Positions 34,962 to 44,604 of a DNA stretch of 64,000 nucleotides are shown here, in pieces. Location: the NCBI GenBank assembly GCA_964422145.1, contig CAYQZV010000001.1, positions 193,750 to 257,749 on the forward strand, in the 5' to 3' direction. A program made the translations under genes and the position numbers. The first letter of the stretch is position 1, and every line of letters begins with the position of its first letter. The stretch is from an uncultured bacterium. Its GTDB lineage: Bacteria; Fidelibacterota; Marinisomatia; Marinisomatales; JACNKV01. The notes below the pieces were generated by a model. It was given only the letters and a program-made list of their open reading frames with translations, had not been told where the DNA came from and searched no databases.

Positions 34962-37900
34962 ATGAGAAAACGAAATCTGTCGGTCTTTACCGTCTTGATG
35001 TTGTTTGGATACCTGTTTGCACAGGGCGTCACAACATCCGGGCTTAGTGGACTGGTTTCAAACCAAGAAAACAAGCCTTTGGTTGGTGCAAACGTTGTGG
35101 TGACCCACGAACCCAGCGGCACCCAATATGGAACCATGGTGCGTGACGGCGGTGTCTACACGATTTTGAATATGCGTGTTGGCGGACCGTACACAGTTGT
35201 TGTTTCATATATTGGGTATAAAACACAAGTAGAGGAAAACGTATTTTTGAGTCTCGGCTCTGCGACGAATGCAAACTTCCAGCTCGTTCAGGAAACGATC
35301 GAAATGGAGGGTGTTGACGTTACAGCAGTTCAAGATGACCTCATGAATGCAAATCGCACGGGTGCAGCTACGTTTGTCGGTGGAGATCTCTTAGCTCAAA
35401 TGCCAACCATTAAACGAAGCACGCGAGACTTAACTCGTCTCGACCCTCGAAGTGATGGGAACTTTAGTTTTGGCGGACGGAACTGGCTGTATAATAATAT
35501 TTCACTGGATGGTTCATACTTTAACAATCCATTTGGATTAGATGATCCTGCTCCGGGCGGACAAGCCAATGCCGAACCTGTGCCGTTTGATGCGGTAGAA
35601 CAGGTTCAGGTTTCTGTTGCTCCCTTTGACGTTCGTGAAGGTGGATTCACAGGTGCCGGTATTAACACTGTGACTAAAAGCGGAACAAACACATTCGGCG
35701 GATCTGTCTACAATTTCAGCCATAGCGAAGCACTTCAAGGTAACTCCGTTGCCGGCTCAGATGTGGTCGCAGACCCATCACTGAACTACAATCAGTCTGG
35801 GTTTACTTTAAGCGGACCGTTTATTTATGACAAAGCATTCTTTTTTGTAAACTATGAAAGAGAGCGCAGAACAGACCCGGGTTCAAACTTTGTTGCTGAT
35901 GAAGACGGTAATATTGAATTTGGAGAATCTCGAGTCAGTGCTGATGTAATGGATGCAATTCGTGACCGTATGATGGATGTCTATGGATATGATACCGGTG
36001 ATTATCAAGGCTACAACCATGAAACAAACAATGACAAATTACTGGTCAAGCTGGACTTCAACTTGAGCGCAAATCACAATGCTGTATTTAGATACAATAT
36101 GTTGGATGCTTCAAGAGACCTTGGTCCGCACGGATTTGTACTAAGTTACAACGGGACAGGTCGCGGACCGAACAGCTCAAGCCTTCCGTTTGAAAACTCA
36201 GGGTATACGATTAATAACAAACTACATTCCTTTGCAGGAGAATTAAACAGCACATTCGGAGGGAATATCTCAAACCGGTTCTTCTTCAGTTACAATATGT
36301 TCCGTGATTGGAGAACCCCAAAAAGCGTTGACTTCCCGACAGTTGAAATTGGTGAAAATGGTTTGACATACACAACGATCGGTCACGAACCGTTCTCGAT
36401 CCATAATATTTTAGATCAGGACGTTCTGCAGATCACGAATAACACATCATACTTTATGGGAAAACATACACTGACAGCCGGGGTGAACTATGAACAGTTT
36501 AAGTTCTTTAACTCCTTCAATATTTTCCGCCATGGATTATTTATGCTGCCAGGAGATTTAGACTTGCTATACCCCGGAGCTGGATATTTGGATTTCTTAG
36601 GTGCCACAACATATTCATCTTTAGATAATTTCTTTATCCGTACGGACAACTCACCCGAAAACACTGATTTTGTTGATTTTAACAGCATGGTTGGTTCGGG
36701 ACCATTTAAAGGCGAACTTATTGATGTTGCTCAGCTTGCCTTTTATGCGCAGGACGAGTTTATGGTCAATGAAAAGCTGAATGTTACAGCCGGGCTTCGT
36801 GTAGACATTCCGATCTATAATACAGAACCGGTTGCAAACCCATTTTCAACTGACTCGCTAAGCTTATTAGATGAAAATGACAACCCCGAAATTGTAGACC
36901 AAGCAAAGCTCCCGGATGCAAAACCACTATATTCACCACGAGTTGGTTTTAACTATGATGTGAAGGGTGACCGCTCCATGCAGCTTCGCGGTGGAACCGG
37001 TATCTTTACCGGCAGACTTCCGTTTGTATGGATTGGTAACGTGATTTCGAACCCAGGAAATAATCCGAATATTCCTGGAGACGGAAGCAACCCAGATCAC
37101 GAAACAGACAGCGGCGAAGGCAGAGAACAAGGCGAAGACGTTGCTTCTGTATTACAGCAATCCTTTGACTTAAATGCAATGGTAGACGATTTTGAATGGC
37201 CGCAAGTTTGGACAACCAACTTAGCCTTAGACCTTGAATTGCCAAGCCAAATGCTGGGTACGTTTGAAATGGTTTATGGAAAAGATTTGAATGCCATTTA
37301 TATGCGGAATGCTGATCTAGTAGTTCCAGTCGATTCTCTTGCAGATGGCCGTCCTTACTTTGGTGGGGTTGGTGCAAACGAGCTGAACTCATTCTACCCG
37401 GGATCGGGTGAAGGAGCATACGTCATTGACAATACGGACGAAGGCTATAATCTGACATTAACCGGACAACTAAGAAAAGTTCACAATTGGGGATTAGTAT
37501 CAAGCATAGCTTATACCTACACACAATCCATGAATAATCTTAAGTCTACTGAAATTGCTTCAGTGCTATTCCAAAGTCAGCCGGTTCAGGGCGACCCGAA
37601 CAAGCCGACTCTTGCACCGTCTGAATTTGGTATTCGTCATCGCTTTATCGGAACAGCTAATTACACACACGACTGGTCTGCAACACAAAGCACAAACGTT
37701 GGGCTCTTCTATGAATTAGCTGAAGGAAATCAGTATGTTTACTCCGGCGGAAACCGTTACTCACACACCTATGCAGGCGATGTGAATGGCGATGGATTCT
37801 CAAACGATCTGATCTACATTCCTGAAAATGCAGACGATATCGTTTTAGCCGATACAACACAATGGGATGCGCTAAATGCATTCATTGAACAGGATCCTTA

Positions 37901-38234
37901 CTTAAGCGAAAACCGCGGCAAGATTGCCGAACGGCATGGACTGGTTAACCCATGGTTCAGCAACATAGATTTGAAAGTCCTTCATGACTATAGCACAGCC
38001 TATGGAAAATTCCAGTTCAGTATGGACATTTTGAATCTTGCTAACTTGTTGAATGACGAGTGGGGCGTACGTAAAGTTGCTAATCCAATGGCGCTTGCTC
38101 CGCTTGGTTTAACAGGCTGGGATGAAAACGGTGAGCCGATTCTTTCATTCAACGATGTCGAAGAAACCTTTATCGATGATCCGGGTCTCTTCTCACGCTG
38201 GCGTATGCAGTTTGGAATCCGTTACATCTTCTAA
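34962..38234 (+). CDS. TonB-dependent receptor, Oar-like (N-terminal carboxypeptidase-regulatory-like domain)
   Basis: 1090 aa. AAGGAG SD and a signal peptide. CarboxypepD_reg-like region GLVSNQENKPLVGANVVVTHEPSGTQYGT...YTVVVSYIGYKT. Plug region followed by a long barrel. C-terminal ...FGIRYIF. Confidence 0.85.
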   Translation: MRKRNLSVFTVLMLFGYLFAQGVTTSGLSGLVSNQENKPLVGANVVVTHEPSGTQYGTMVRDGGVYTILNMRVGGPYTVVVSYIGYKTQVEENVFLSLGSATNANFQLVQETIEMEGVDVTAVQDDLMNANRTGAATFVGGDLLAQMPTIKRSTRDLTRLDPRSDGNFSFGGRNWLYNNISLDGSYFNNPFGLDDPAPGGQANAEPVPFDAVEQVQVSVAPFDVREGGFTGAGINTVTKSGTNTFGGSVYNFSHSEALQGNSVAGSDVVADPSLNYNQSGFTLSGPFIYDKAFFFVNYERERRTDPGSNFVADEDGNIEFGESRVSADVMDAIRDRMMDVYGYDTGDYQGYNHETNNDKLLVKLDFNLSANHNAVFRYNMLDASRDLGPHGFVLSYNGTGRGPNSSSLPFENSGYTINNKLHSFAGELNSTFGGNISNRFFFSYNMFRDWRTPKSVDFPTVEIGENGLTYTTIGHEPFSIHNILDQDVLQITNNTSYFMGKHTLTAGVNYEQFKFFNSFNIFRHGLFMLPGDLDLLYPGAGYLDFLGATTYSSLDNFFIRTDNSPENTDFVDFNSMVGSGPFKGELIDVAQLAFYAQDEFMVNEKLNVTAGLRVDIPIYNTEPVANPFSTDSLSLLDENDNPEIVDQAKLPDAKPLYSPRVGFNYDVKGDRSMQLRGGTGIFTGRLPFVWIGNVISNPGNNPNIPGDGSNPDHETDSGEGREQGEDVASVLQQSFDLNAMVDDFEWPQVWTTNLALDLELPSQMLGTFEMVYGKDLNAIYMRNADLVVPVDSLADGRPYFGGVGANELNSFYPGSGEGAYVIDNTDEGYNLTLTGQLRKVHNWGLVSSIAYTYTQSMNNLKSTEIASVLFQSQPVQGDPNKPTLAPSEFGIRHRFIGTANYTHDWSATQSTNVGLFYELAEGNQYVYSGGNRYSHTYAGDVNGDGFSNDLIYIPENADDIVLADTTQWDALNAFIEQDPYLSENRGKIAERHGLVNPWFSNIDLKVLHDYSTAYGKFQFSMDILNLANLLNDEWGVRKVANPMALAPLGLTGWDENGEPILSFNDVEETFIDDPGLFSRWRMQFGIRYIF

Positions 38235-38266
38235 GATGTGATTTGATTTTCAAATAAAATGAAAAT

Positions 38267-38294
38267 AGAAAAGCCGGCGATTGCCGGCTTTTCT
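38267..38294. terminator. Bidirectional terminator (AGAAAAGCCGGC-GATT-GCCGGCTTTTCT) between the TonB-dependent receptor and nupC
   Basis: Read directly. Confidence 0.8.
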
Positions 38295-38317
38295 ATTATG
38301 GAAAATGAAGAAACTTT

Positions 38318-39535
38318 TTAGATTAATAATCCTGCCAGCGTTGCGGTCAGCCATGAAGCCAAAGCGCCGCCGATCATAGCTTTTAATCCCAACTTTGAAA
38401 GGTGTTTTCGTCGATTGGGAGCAATTCCGCCGATTCCGCCCAATTGAATACCAATCGATGCGAAGTTTGCAAATCCGCAAAGAGCATAACTTGCAATAAT
38501 CGCGGTGCGATCAGAAATCGCACCGGCCGAACGCAGCTCTACTAAATCACCATAGGCGATCAGTTCAGTTAAAACAAGTTTTTCTCCCATAAGCGTACCC
38601 ATTGTTCCAGCTTCTGCCCAGGGGATACCCATTGTCCATGCGAGCGGCATGAATACCCAGCCGAATATTTCCTGGAGGGAAAAACCGAACAAACCAAGAA
38701 GATAGTTTATCATTGCGATAAGCGCAACAAAGGCAACAAGCATAGCTCCCACATTTGCAGCAAGCTTCAACCCGTCAGAAGCCCCTCGCGCAGTGGCTTC
38801 CATCATGTTATCATCTAATTTTTCAACATGAATGTTAACACTTCCTGAGGTTTCAGAGATTTCTGTTTCAGGGTAAATGATTTTTGCAATGACAAGCGCA
38901 GCGGGAGCGCTCATAATCGACGCAGCCATAAGATGTCCCGCGATATTCGGAACATCCTGAAGCATTTTTACGTAAATAGCCAGAACACCGCCAGCCACTG
39001 TGGCAAAACCGCCGACCATAACGGCCATTAACTCAGACTGTGTCATTTTTTCGACAAAAGGACGAACCATTAACGGAGCTTCTGTTTGACCGACAAAGAT
39101 GTTTGCAGACACGCTCAATGTTTCGCTACCAGACGTTTTAAGCGTTTTCTGCATGGCTTTTGCAATCCATTTGATGATAAACTGCATGACTCCAAGGTGG
39201 TACATCACCGCCATCAAAGACGAAAAGAAAATGATGGTCGGCAGAACGCGGAATGCGAAGTTCATCAACGGTCCCTCAACCACACCCGCCCCAAAGGACT
39301 TGAATAAAAAATCACTTCCTGCGTCTGAAAAACTCAGCAGTTTCTTTACAACCGTATCCACACCGGCAAAGAACGGTTGCCCAATCGGTGTTTTTAAAAT
39401 GAATAATGCAAATACAAGCTGGAGAGCTAATCCAAAAATAATGAGTCGTTTGTTAATAGCAGATCGATTGTTAGACATTGCGAATGCAATTCCTAACAAA
39501 ACAAAAATTCCGAGAACACCTGTAAATTCTGACAT
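38318..39535 (-). CDS. nupC: NupC/NupG (CNT) family nucleoside transporter
   Basis: 405 aa. The N-terminus and overall sequence are typical of concentrative nucleoside transporters (...FILKTPIGQPFF..., ...NIFVGQTEAPL..., ...GFANFASIGIQLGG...). Confidence 0.9.
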   Translation of the reverse strand: MSEFTGVLGIFVLLGIAFAMSNNRSAINKRLIIFGLALQLVFALFILKTPIGQPFFAGVDTVVKKLLSFSDAGSDFLFKSFGAGVVEGPLMNFAFRVLPTIIFFSSLMAVMYHLGVMQFIIKWIAKAMQKTLKTSGSETLSVSANIFVGQTEAPLMVRPFVEKMTQSELMAVMVGGFATVAGGVLAIYVKMLQDVPNIAGHLMAASIMSAPAALVIAKIIYPETEISETSGSVNIHVEKLDDNMMEATARGASDGLKLAANVGAMLVAFVALIAMINYLLGLFGFSLQEIFGWVFMPLAWTMGIPWAEAGTMGTLMGEKLVLTELIAYGDLVELRSAGAISDRTAIIASYALCGFANFASIGIQLGGIGGIAPNRRKHLSKLGLKAMIGGALASWLTATLAGLLI

Positions 39536-39695
39536 GAATCAAACCTCCGTTAATTAAAGAAACTATACAACAATGGCTGTATAACTGGGCAGTAAAGTTA
39601 AGAGAAATATTGCGATGAGACACAAGGTATTTCACATGAGAAACTATTGGTAGTCTGCAATCAGTTAATGTAATTTTTATTAAACAAATTATCCC

Positions 39696-40727
39696 ATGAA
39701 AATAAACGGCAAAGATTATCGAACCGTCTGGATGGACGGACAAACCATAAAAACCATTGAACAAAACAAACTTCCTGAATCGTTTGAGATTGTTCAAATC
39801 AACGACATTGATGCAGTGATTTCTGCAATTCAAACGATGGTGATTCGCGGCGCACCTGCAATCGGAGCAATGGGAGCCTACGGTTTGGCACAGGCAATCT
39901 CCTTATCTGAAAACCCCGGACAAGACGAGATGAATGCTTTCCGAAATAAACTGATTACCGCAAGACCGACCGCCTATGATTTAGAACACGGATTAAACTG
40001 GGTGTTGGCTGAGGCAAATAAAGGCAAAACACCGAAAGAGGTGAAGACAAAAGCACTCGACGCTGCAAAGCAATATGCCAATATTTCTGCGGCGGCCTGT
40101 AAAAAAATCGGAGAGTTTGGCAATAAGCTGATACATGATAACGCTAAAATATTAACCCATTGTAATGCAGGCGCATTGGCTACAGTTGATTATGGAACAG
40201 CTCTGTCACCTATTCGTGCGGCACATGACGAAGGGAAATCCGTATTTGTCTTCGTGGATGAAACCCGCCCTCGGCTCCAAGGTGCAAAACTCACGGCCTT
40301 TGAGTTGTACCAAGAAGGAATTGAACACGCAGTGATCGCAGACAATGCCGCCGGTTACTTTATGGCAAACGGAGAAATTGATTTAGTGATCACGGGAACG
40401 GACCGCGTTGCAGCCAATGGTGATATTGCCAATAAAATCGGAACCTATGAAAAAGCAGTTGTGGCAAAAGAACACAATATTCCAGTGTATATTGCAGCAC
40501 CCACTTCTACCATTGATTTTACTTGTCCGACAGGTAAGGACATCCCGATTGAAGAAAGAGACCCGAATGAAGTTCTTTGTGTAAATGATATCCGGGTTAC
40601 CTCAAAAGGAAGCTCTGCGCGAAACCCGGCTTTTGATATTACCCCGGCTAAATTCATTGCAGGTATCATAACCGAATTTGGAATTATTAAACCGAATGAA
40701 TTGGATAAACTGGACAAAAATGGCTGA
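39696..40727 (+). CDS. mtnA: S-methyl-5-thioribose-1-phosphate isomerase (MtnA / eIF-2B-like family)
   Basis: 343 aa. ...MVIRGAPAIGA..., THCNAGALAT, VDETRPRLQG, GTDRVAANGDIANKIGTY. Confidence 0.9.
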   Translation: MKINGKDYRTVWMDGQTIKTIEQNKLPESFEIVQINDIDAVISAIQTMVIRGAPAIGAMGAYGLAQAISLSENPGQDEMNAFRNKLITARPTAYDLEHGLNWVLAEANKGKTPKEVKTKALDAAKQYANISAAACKKIGEFGNKLIHDNAKILTHCNAGALATVDYGTALSPIRAAHDEGKSVFVFVDETRPRLQGAKLTAFELYQEGIEHAVIADNAAGYFMANGEIDLVITGTDRVAANGDIANKIGTYEKAVVAKEHNIPVYIAAPTSTIDFTCPTGKDIPIEERDPNEVLCVNDIRVTSKGSSARNPAFDITPAKFIAGIITEFGIIKPNELDKLDKNG

Positions 40728-41310
40728 GATATACACCGGCACTAAATTCACATCCATTCGATTGTCAAACAGCGTTTTAAGTTCTTCAAAAACCCAATTA
40801 TTAATATCTTGGGGTGTTCAATTTGGAATGAAAGGGCTTGCTCCGAAAACCGAATCCGGTCACGCCGGCAATCTCAGTGTTCGTACAAAGAACGGGTTTT
40901 TGATTACGGGCGCAGGTCAGTCTTTAGAAGGTTTGGATCAAAACGCTGTTTCGGAAGTGGTTTCATTTTTTATCAATACAAAAAAAGTTTTATTTCATGG
41001 AATTCCTGAACCCAGCTCAGAAGCTTTCATGCACGGACTCATCTATCAAGACCGTCCGGATGTGAATGCAATATTTCACGGTCACAACGACACATTAACA
41101 AGATTTGCTTCGCGGCTAGGATATCCTGAAACACAAAAAGAAGTACCCTATGGTACGATTGAAGGAGCAGAGATGGTTAGGGATATTTTAAGATCAGAAG
41201 AGTTTTGTATTATAAAAAAGCACGGATTTGTTTCACTGGGCGCAACAGCAGATTTTGCCGGCGAAGCCGTACTAGAGGTGTTGGCGAAATTAAAAACAGT
41301 AACGCCTTAG
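40720..41310 (+). CDS. Class II aldolase/adducin-domain protein (MtnB-type dehydratase or Ald2-type MTRu-1-P / 5-deoxyribulose-1-P aldolase)
   Basis: ATG at 40720 overlaps the mtnA stop (ATGGCTGA). Motifs AGNLSVRT, EPSSEAFMHGLIY, AIFHGHN, KKHGFVSLG. Confidence 0.75.
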   Translation: MAEIYTGTKFTSIRLSNSVLSSSKTQLLISWGVQFGMKGLAPKTESGHAGNLSVRTKNGFLITGAGQSLEGLDQNAVSEVVSFFINTKKVLFHGIPEPSSEAFMHGLIYQDRPDVNAIFHGHNDTLTRFASRLGYPETQKEVPYGTIEGAEMVRDILRSEEFCIIKKHGFVSLGATADFAGEAVLEVLAKLKTVTP

Positions 41311-42557
41311 AAAAGCTCTCGCAAAACACGGCGAACTTTTTCCCTCATGATATCTTCTTCTGAAACCACTCTGTTTTCCATTAGGATTTTCCCTCGGCAA
41401 ATCGTTGTCTGAATACATTCGCTCTGTGCGGAGTAAACAAGGTTTGACACGAGGTTGTGATTTGGAATAAGGTGCGAATCATTTAAATCAATTAAAAGCA
41501 AATTTGCCAACATTCCTTCTTTTATTTCACCAGCCGGCAAACCTAACAAAGAAGCCCCGCCTTTTGTTGCAGTAGAAAACACCTCTTCGGCCGTCATTAA
41601 AGACGGATCAGCTGTATGAGATTTTTGGAGAAGAGCCGCGATTTTCATTTCCTCCATCATGTTTAGGTTATTGTTGGCTGCGCAACCATCTGTGCCCAAG
41701 CCGACACGCAGTTTAGCAGATTGAATACGCTGATAAGGAAACACACCCGAGCTGAGCTTCATATTTGAGACAGGACAATGAACCACACCGACACCATGAT
41801 CAGCCAGGATAGAAATCTCATGGTCAGACAACCAATTTGTATGAACCGCAATAAGATGCGGACCTAAAAAATTAATACTGTGTAAATACTCCACGGGTCG
41901 CATGCCTGTGTTTTCAACCCATTCGTCCACCTCGGTTTGTGTTTCTGATAAATGCATGTGTAAAAGCAAGCCGTTTTCACGCGCAAAATCCCTTGCCCAT
42001 AGTAAGCCGGGTTTTGAAACGGTATAAAGAGCGTGTACTCCGACAGTATATGTAACATTAGGGGAATGTTCATTGCGGTTGTGATATAAATTGATCTGTT
42101 CTTCAATTTGTTTTCTGGACTGTTCAGAATCGCCCAGATCTAGAAAAGCGCTTGAAAGATGAGCGAAAAGTCCGGAATCCTTCACAGCCTGCGCTGTTCC
42201 GTTGTAATGCCAATACATATCATTGAAGTGAGTTGTTCCGGTTTTTATCATTTCAAGGGCGGCAAGTCTTGCACCCCAGTAGACATGTTCCTCGGTCAAT
42301 TTAGACTCAATAGGCCAAATCTTTGTTGTCAGCCAATCATGCAGTTTCATATCGTCTGCATATCCGCGTAAAAGTGTCATCGCAGAATGGGTATGCGCGT
42401 TCACAAACGACGGGATAATAGCCAGCCCTTCTCCGGAAATGATTTTTTTCGCATGGAGATTTAAAGACTTTCCGATGATTTTAATCGTTTCACCTTCTAT
42501 AAAAACATCTGTTTTGCATCCATCGAGCAGTACATTTTTAATTAGGATAGTATTCAT
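41307..42557 (-). CDS. mtaD: 5'-methylthioadenosine / S-adenosylhomocysteine (5'-deoxyadenosine) deaminase, amidohydrolase superfamily
   Basis: 416 aa. SFVNAHTHSAMTLLRGYADDMKLHDWL, ...HLSET..., ...GTDG.... Confidence 0.85.
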   Translation of the reverse strand: MNTILIKNVLLDGCKTDVFIEGETIKIIGKSLNLHAKKIISGEGLAIIPSFVNAHTHSAMTLLRGYADDMKLHDWLTTKIWPIESKLTEEHVYWGARLAALEMIKTGTTHFNDMYWHYNGTAQAVKDSGLFAHLSSAFLDLGDSEQSRKQIEEQINLYHNRNEHSPNVTYTVGVHALYTVSKPGLLWARDFARENGLLLHMHLSETQTEVDEWVENTGMRPVEYLHSINFLGPHLIAVHTNWLSDHEISILADHGVGVVHCPVSNMKLSSGVFPYQRIQSAKLRVGLGTDGCAANNNLNMMEEMKIAALLQKSHTADPSLMTAEEVFSTATKGGASLLGLPAGEIKEGMLANLLLIDLNDSHLIPNHNLVSNLVYSAQSECIQTTICRGKILMENRVVSEEDIMREKVRRVLRELF

Positions 42558-42746
42558 ATGATTCTATTTAAGCCTCTTCAAAAATCGGGTATAATCTAAT
42601 CTGCTTAGGATACTCATTACTTGAGTTTTTTATGAAATTATTTTCTCAAAGAGAAATTAGATACTTACATATAATGGCGTCTTCGGTGTAATCTTTCCTG
42701 TCTTTTTCACAAGATTTATTCTAGACTACAAAAAGAGGTTTATACT

Positions 42747-44042
42747 TTGAAAGCAGATCAAGATAAAATAATGATCATTGTCGGAGCCCAGTGGGGCGAT
42801 GAAGGAAAAGGTAAAATAACAGATTTCTTTGCAGGAGAATCTTCTTACGTTGTGCGCTTTCAAGGAGGAAACAATGCGGGGCATACGATTATCACAGGAG
42901 GTGAAACGTACAAATTGCATTTGATTCCATCTGGTGTCATATATAATAAACCGGCAAACATTATCGGAAACGGCGTCGTGGTTGACCCGAAAACACTTTT
43001 GGATGAAATTCAGATGCTGAAAGACCGGGGAATTGATCCAAAGGTGCTTGTTAGTGATCGTGCCCATGTGATTTTTCCTTATCACATTTCATTGGATGAA
43101 GCCCTAACAAAACACCAGGGCGGGTTAGCGGCAGGCAGTACAAAACGCGGAATTGCCCCCGCATATGCAGATAAAATGTTTCGAAACGGCATTCGGATCG
43201 TTGACCTGCTCAATAAAGAGATATTTAGAGAAAAGCTCCAAAAAGCATATTCGTTTTCAAAAGTGTTAGTAGAAGATGCTTTAGGCGGAAAACTGGAATT
43301 CGATTTTGAGACAGTCTTTCAAAGCTATGTGGAATACGGTGAGCAGTTGAAACCATATATTAAAGATATTTCTGTTCTTTTATATGAAGCATATAAAAAT
43401 GGGGAAAGAATTTTATTTGAAGGCGCCCAAGGGATGAGCCTGGACGTGGATCACGGCATCTTTCCACATACGACCAGCAGCAATACAATTGCTGGAAATA
43501 TTTCCAACGGATGCGGTGTAACCTTTCGCAAGATCGACCGGATCATCGGTATCACAAAAGCCTATGTCAGTCGGGTGGGGCAAAGCCCGTTTCCAACTGA
43601 GTTGGGTGAGGATGAGGCGGAGACACTTCGCACAAAAGGAGGAGAATTTGGAACAACAACCGGCAGGCCCCGTCGCGTTGGATGGCTCGATTTAGTACAG
43701 TTAAAACAAGCCGTTCGCGTAAACGGACTTACAGAAATTGCTCTGACCAAACTGGATATTTTAACCGGATATAAACAGCTATCAGTCTGTGTTGCCTATA
43801 AAGCAGATGGAAAAACCATCCATGAAATGCCGGCAGACCTTGCCTTGTATCGCAAGGCGACACCGGTTTATACAACATTGCCCGGCTGGGAGACGCTCGA
43901 TGAATCATCGATTGAAAAAGGATACTCAAGCCTTCCGAAAGAACTCCGAGACTATGTCCGATTTATTGAAGAAGAAGTCGAATGTCCGGTGAGTATTATA
44001 TCGGTAGGACCGCAGCGGCACGAAACCATTATAAGACCATGA
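42747..44042 (+). CDS. purA: Adenylosuccinate synthase
   Basis: 431 aa. GAQWGDEGKGK, GGNNAGHT. TTG start at 42747 with AAGAGG 7 nt upstream; the alternative ATG at 42771 lacks an SD. Confidence 0.95.
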   Translation: MKADQDKIMIIVGAQWGDEGKGKITDFFAGESSYVVRFQGGNNAGHTIITGGETYKLHLIPSGVIYNKPANIIGNGVVVDPKTLLDEIQMLKDRGIDPKVLVSDRAHVIFPYHISLDEALTKHQGGLAAGSTKRGIAPAYADKMFRNGIRIVDLLNKEIFREKLQKAYSFSKVLVEDALGGKLEFDFETVFQSYVEYGEQLKPYIKDISVLLYEAYKNGERILFEGAQGMSLDVDHGIFPHTTSSNTIAGNISNGCGVTFRKIDRIIGITKAYVSRVGQSPFPTELGEDEAETLRTKGGEFGTTTGRPRRVGWLDLVQLKQAVRVNGLTEIALTKLDILTGYKQLSVCVAYKADGKTIHEMPADLALYRKATPVYTTLPGWETLDESSIEKGYSSLPKELRDYVRFIEEEVECPVSIISVGPQRHETIIRP

Positions 44043-44593
44043 GCAATAAAATGAGAACACACACAGATGTCGAAAAAATCTTGATCGACGAAAAAAATAT
44101 TCTAAACAGAATTGATGAACTTGCGGAACAAATTGAAAAGGATTATGCCGATGTGGATAACATCATGATCATCTCGATTCTCAAAGGATCGTTTATGTTC
44201 ACCTCGGACCTGGTGAAACGCCTATCCATTCCGCATATCGTGGACTTTATGGCGTTAAGTACCTACGGGGCTGAGTCCAAAGCAAGCGGTGAGGTTCGGG
44301 TGTTGATGGACCTTCGGCATCCGGTGCAAAACCAGCATGTCTTGGTCGTTGAAGATATTATTGACAGCGGATTAACCCTGCAGTTTCTTGAACGCATTCT
44401 GATGTCGCGCAATGTTGCATCGCTTAAAACCTGCGTGCTAACCCAAAAAGAAGGGAAAGACCATAACATAAAAACGGATTATCTCGGGTTTACGATTCCG
44501 GATGTTTGGGTGGTTGGCTACGGACTTGATTTCGCAGATAAACACCGCACGCTGCCGTATATTGCGGAGCTAAAACCGGAAGTGTATCAATAG
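44039..44593 (+). CDS. hpt: Hypoxanthine phosphoribosyltransferase
   Basis: ATG at 44039 overlaps the purA stop (ATGA). PRPP motif VLVVEDIIDSGLTL. Confidence 0.92.
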   Translation: MSNKMRTHTDVEKILIDEKNILNRIDELAEQIEKDYADVDNIMIISILKGSFMFTSDLVKRLSIPHIVDFMALSTYGAESKASGEVRVLMDLRHPVQNQHVLVVEDIIDSGLTLQFLERILMSRNVASLKTCVLTQKEGKDHNIKTDYLGFTIPDVWVVGYGLDFADKHRTLPYIAELKPEVYQ

Positions 44594-44604
44594 ATTGGAT
44601 AACC

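Noticed and set aside
39099-39557. 152-aa ORF antisense to nupC
   Set aside because: The nupC frame is an excellent full-length CNT transporter. The antisense ORF has no motifs.
42558-42746. Purine riboswitch upstream of purA, and a SAM or SAH riboswitch upstream of mtnA (39536-39695)
   Set aside because: I could not find the conserved cores by eye: no purine-riboswitch loop/junction motifs, no SAM-I GGNGGGA/GCCC pairing elements and no SAH-element core. Only an Infernal/Rfam scan could settle it.
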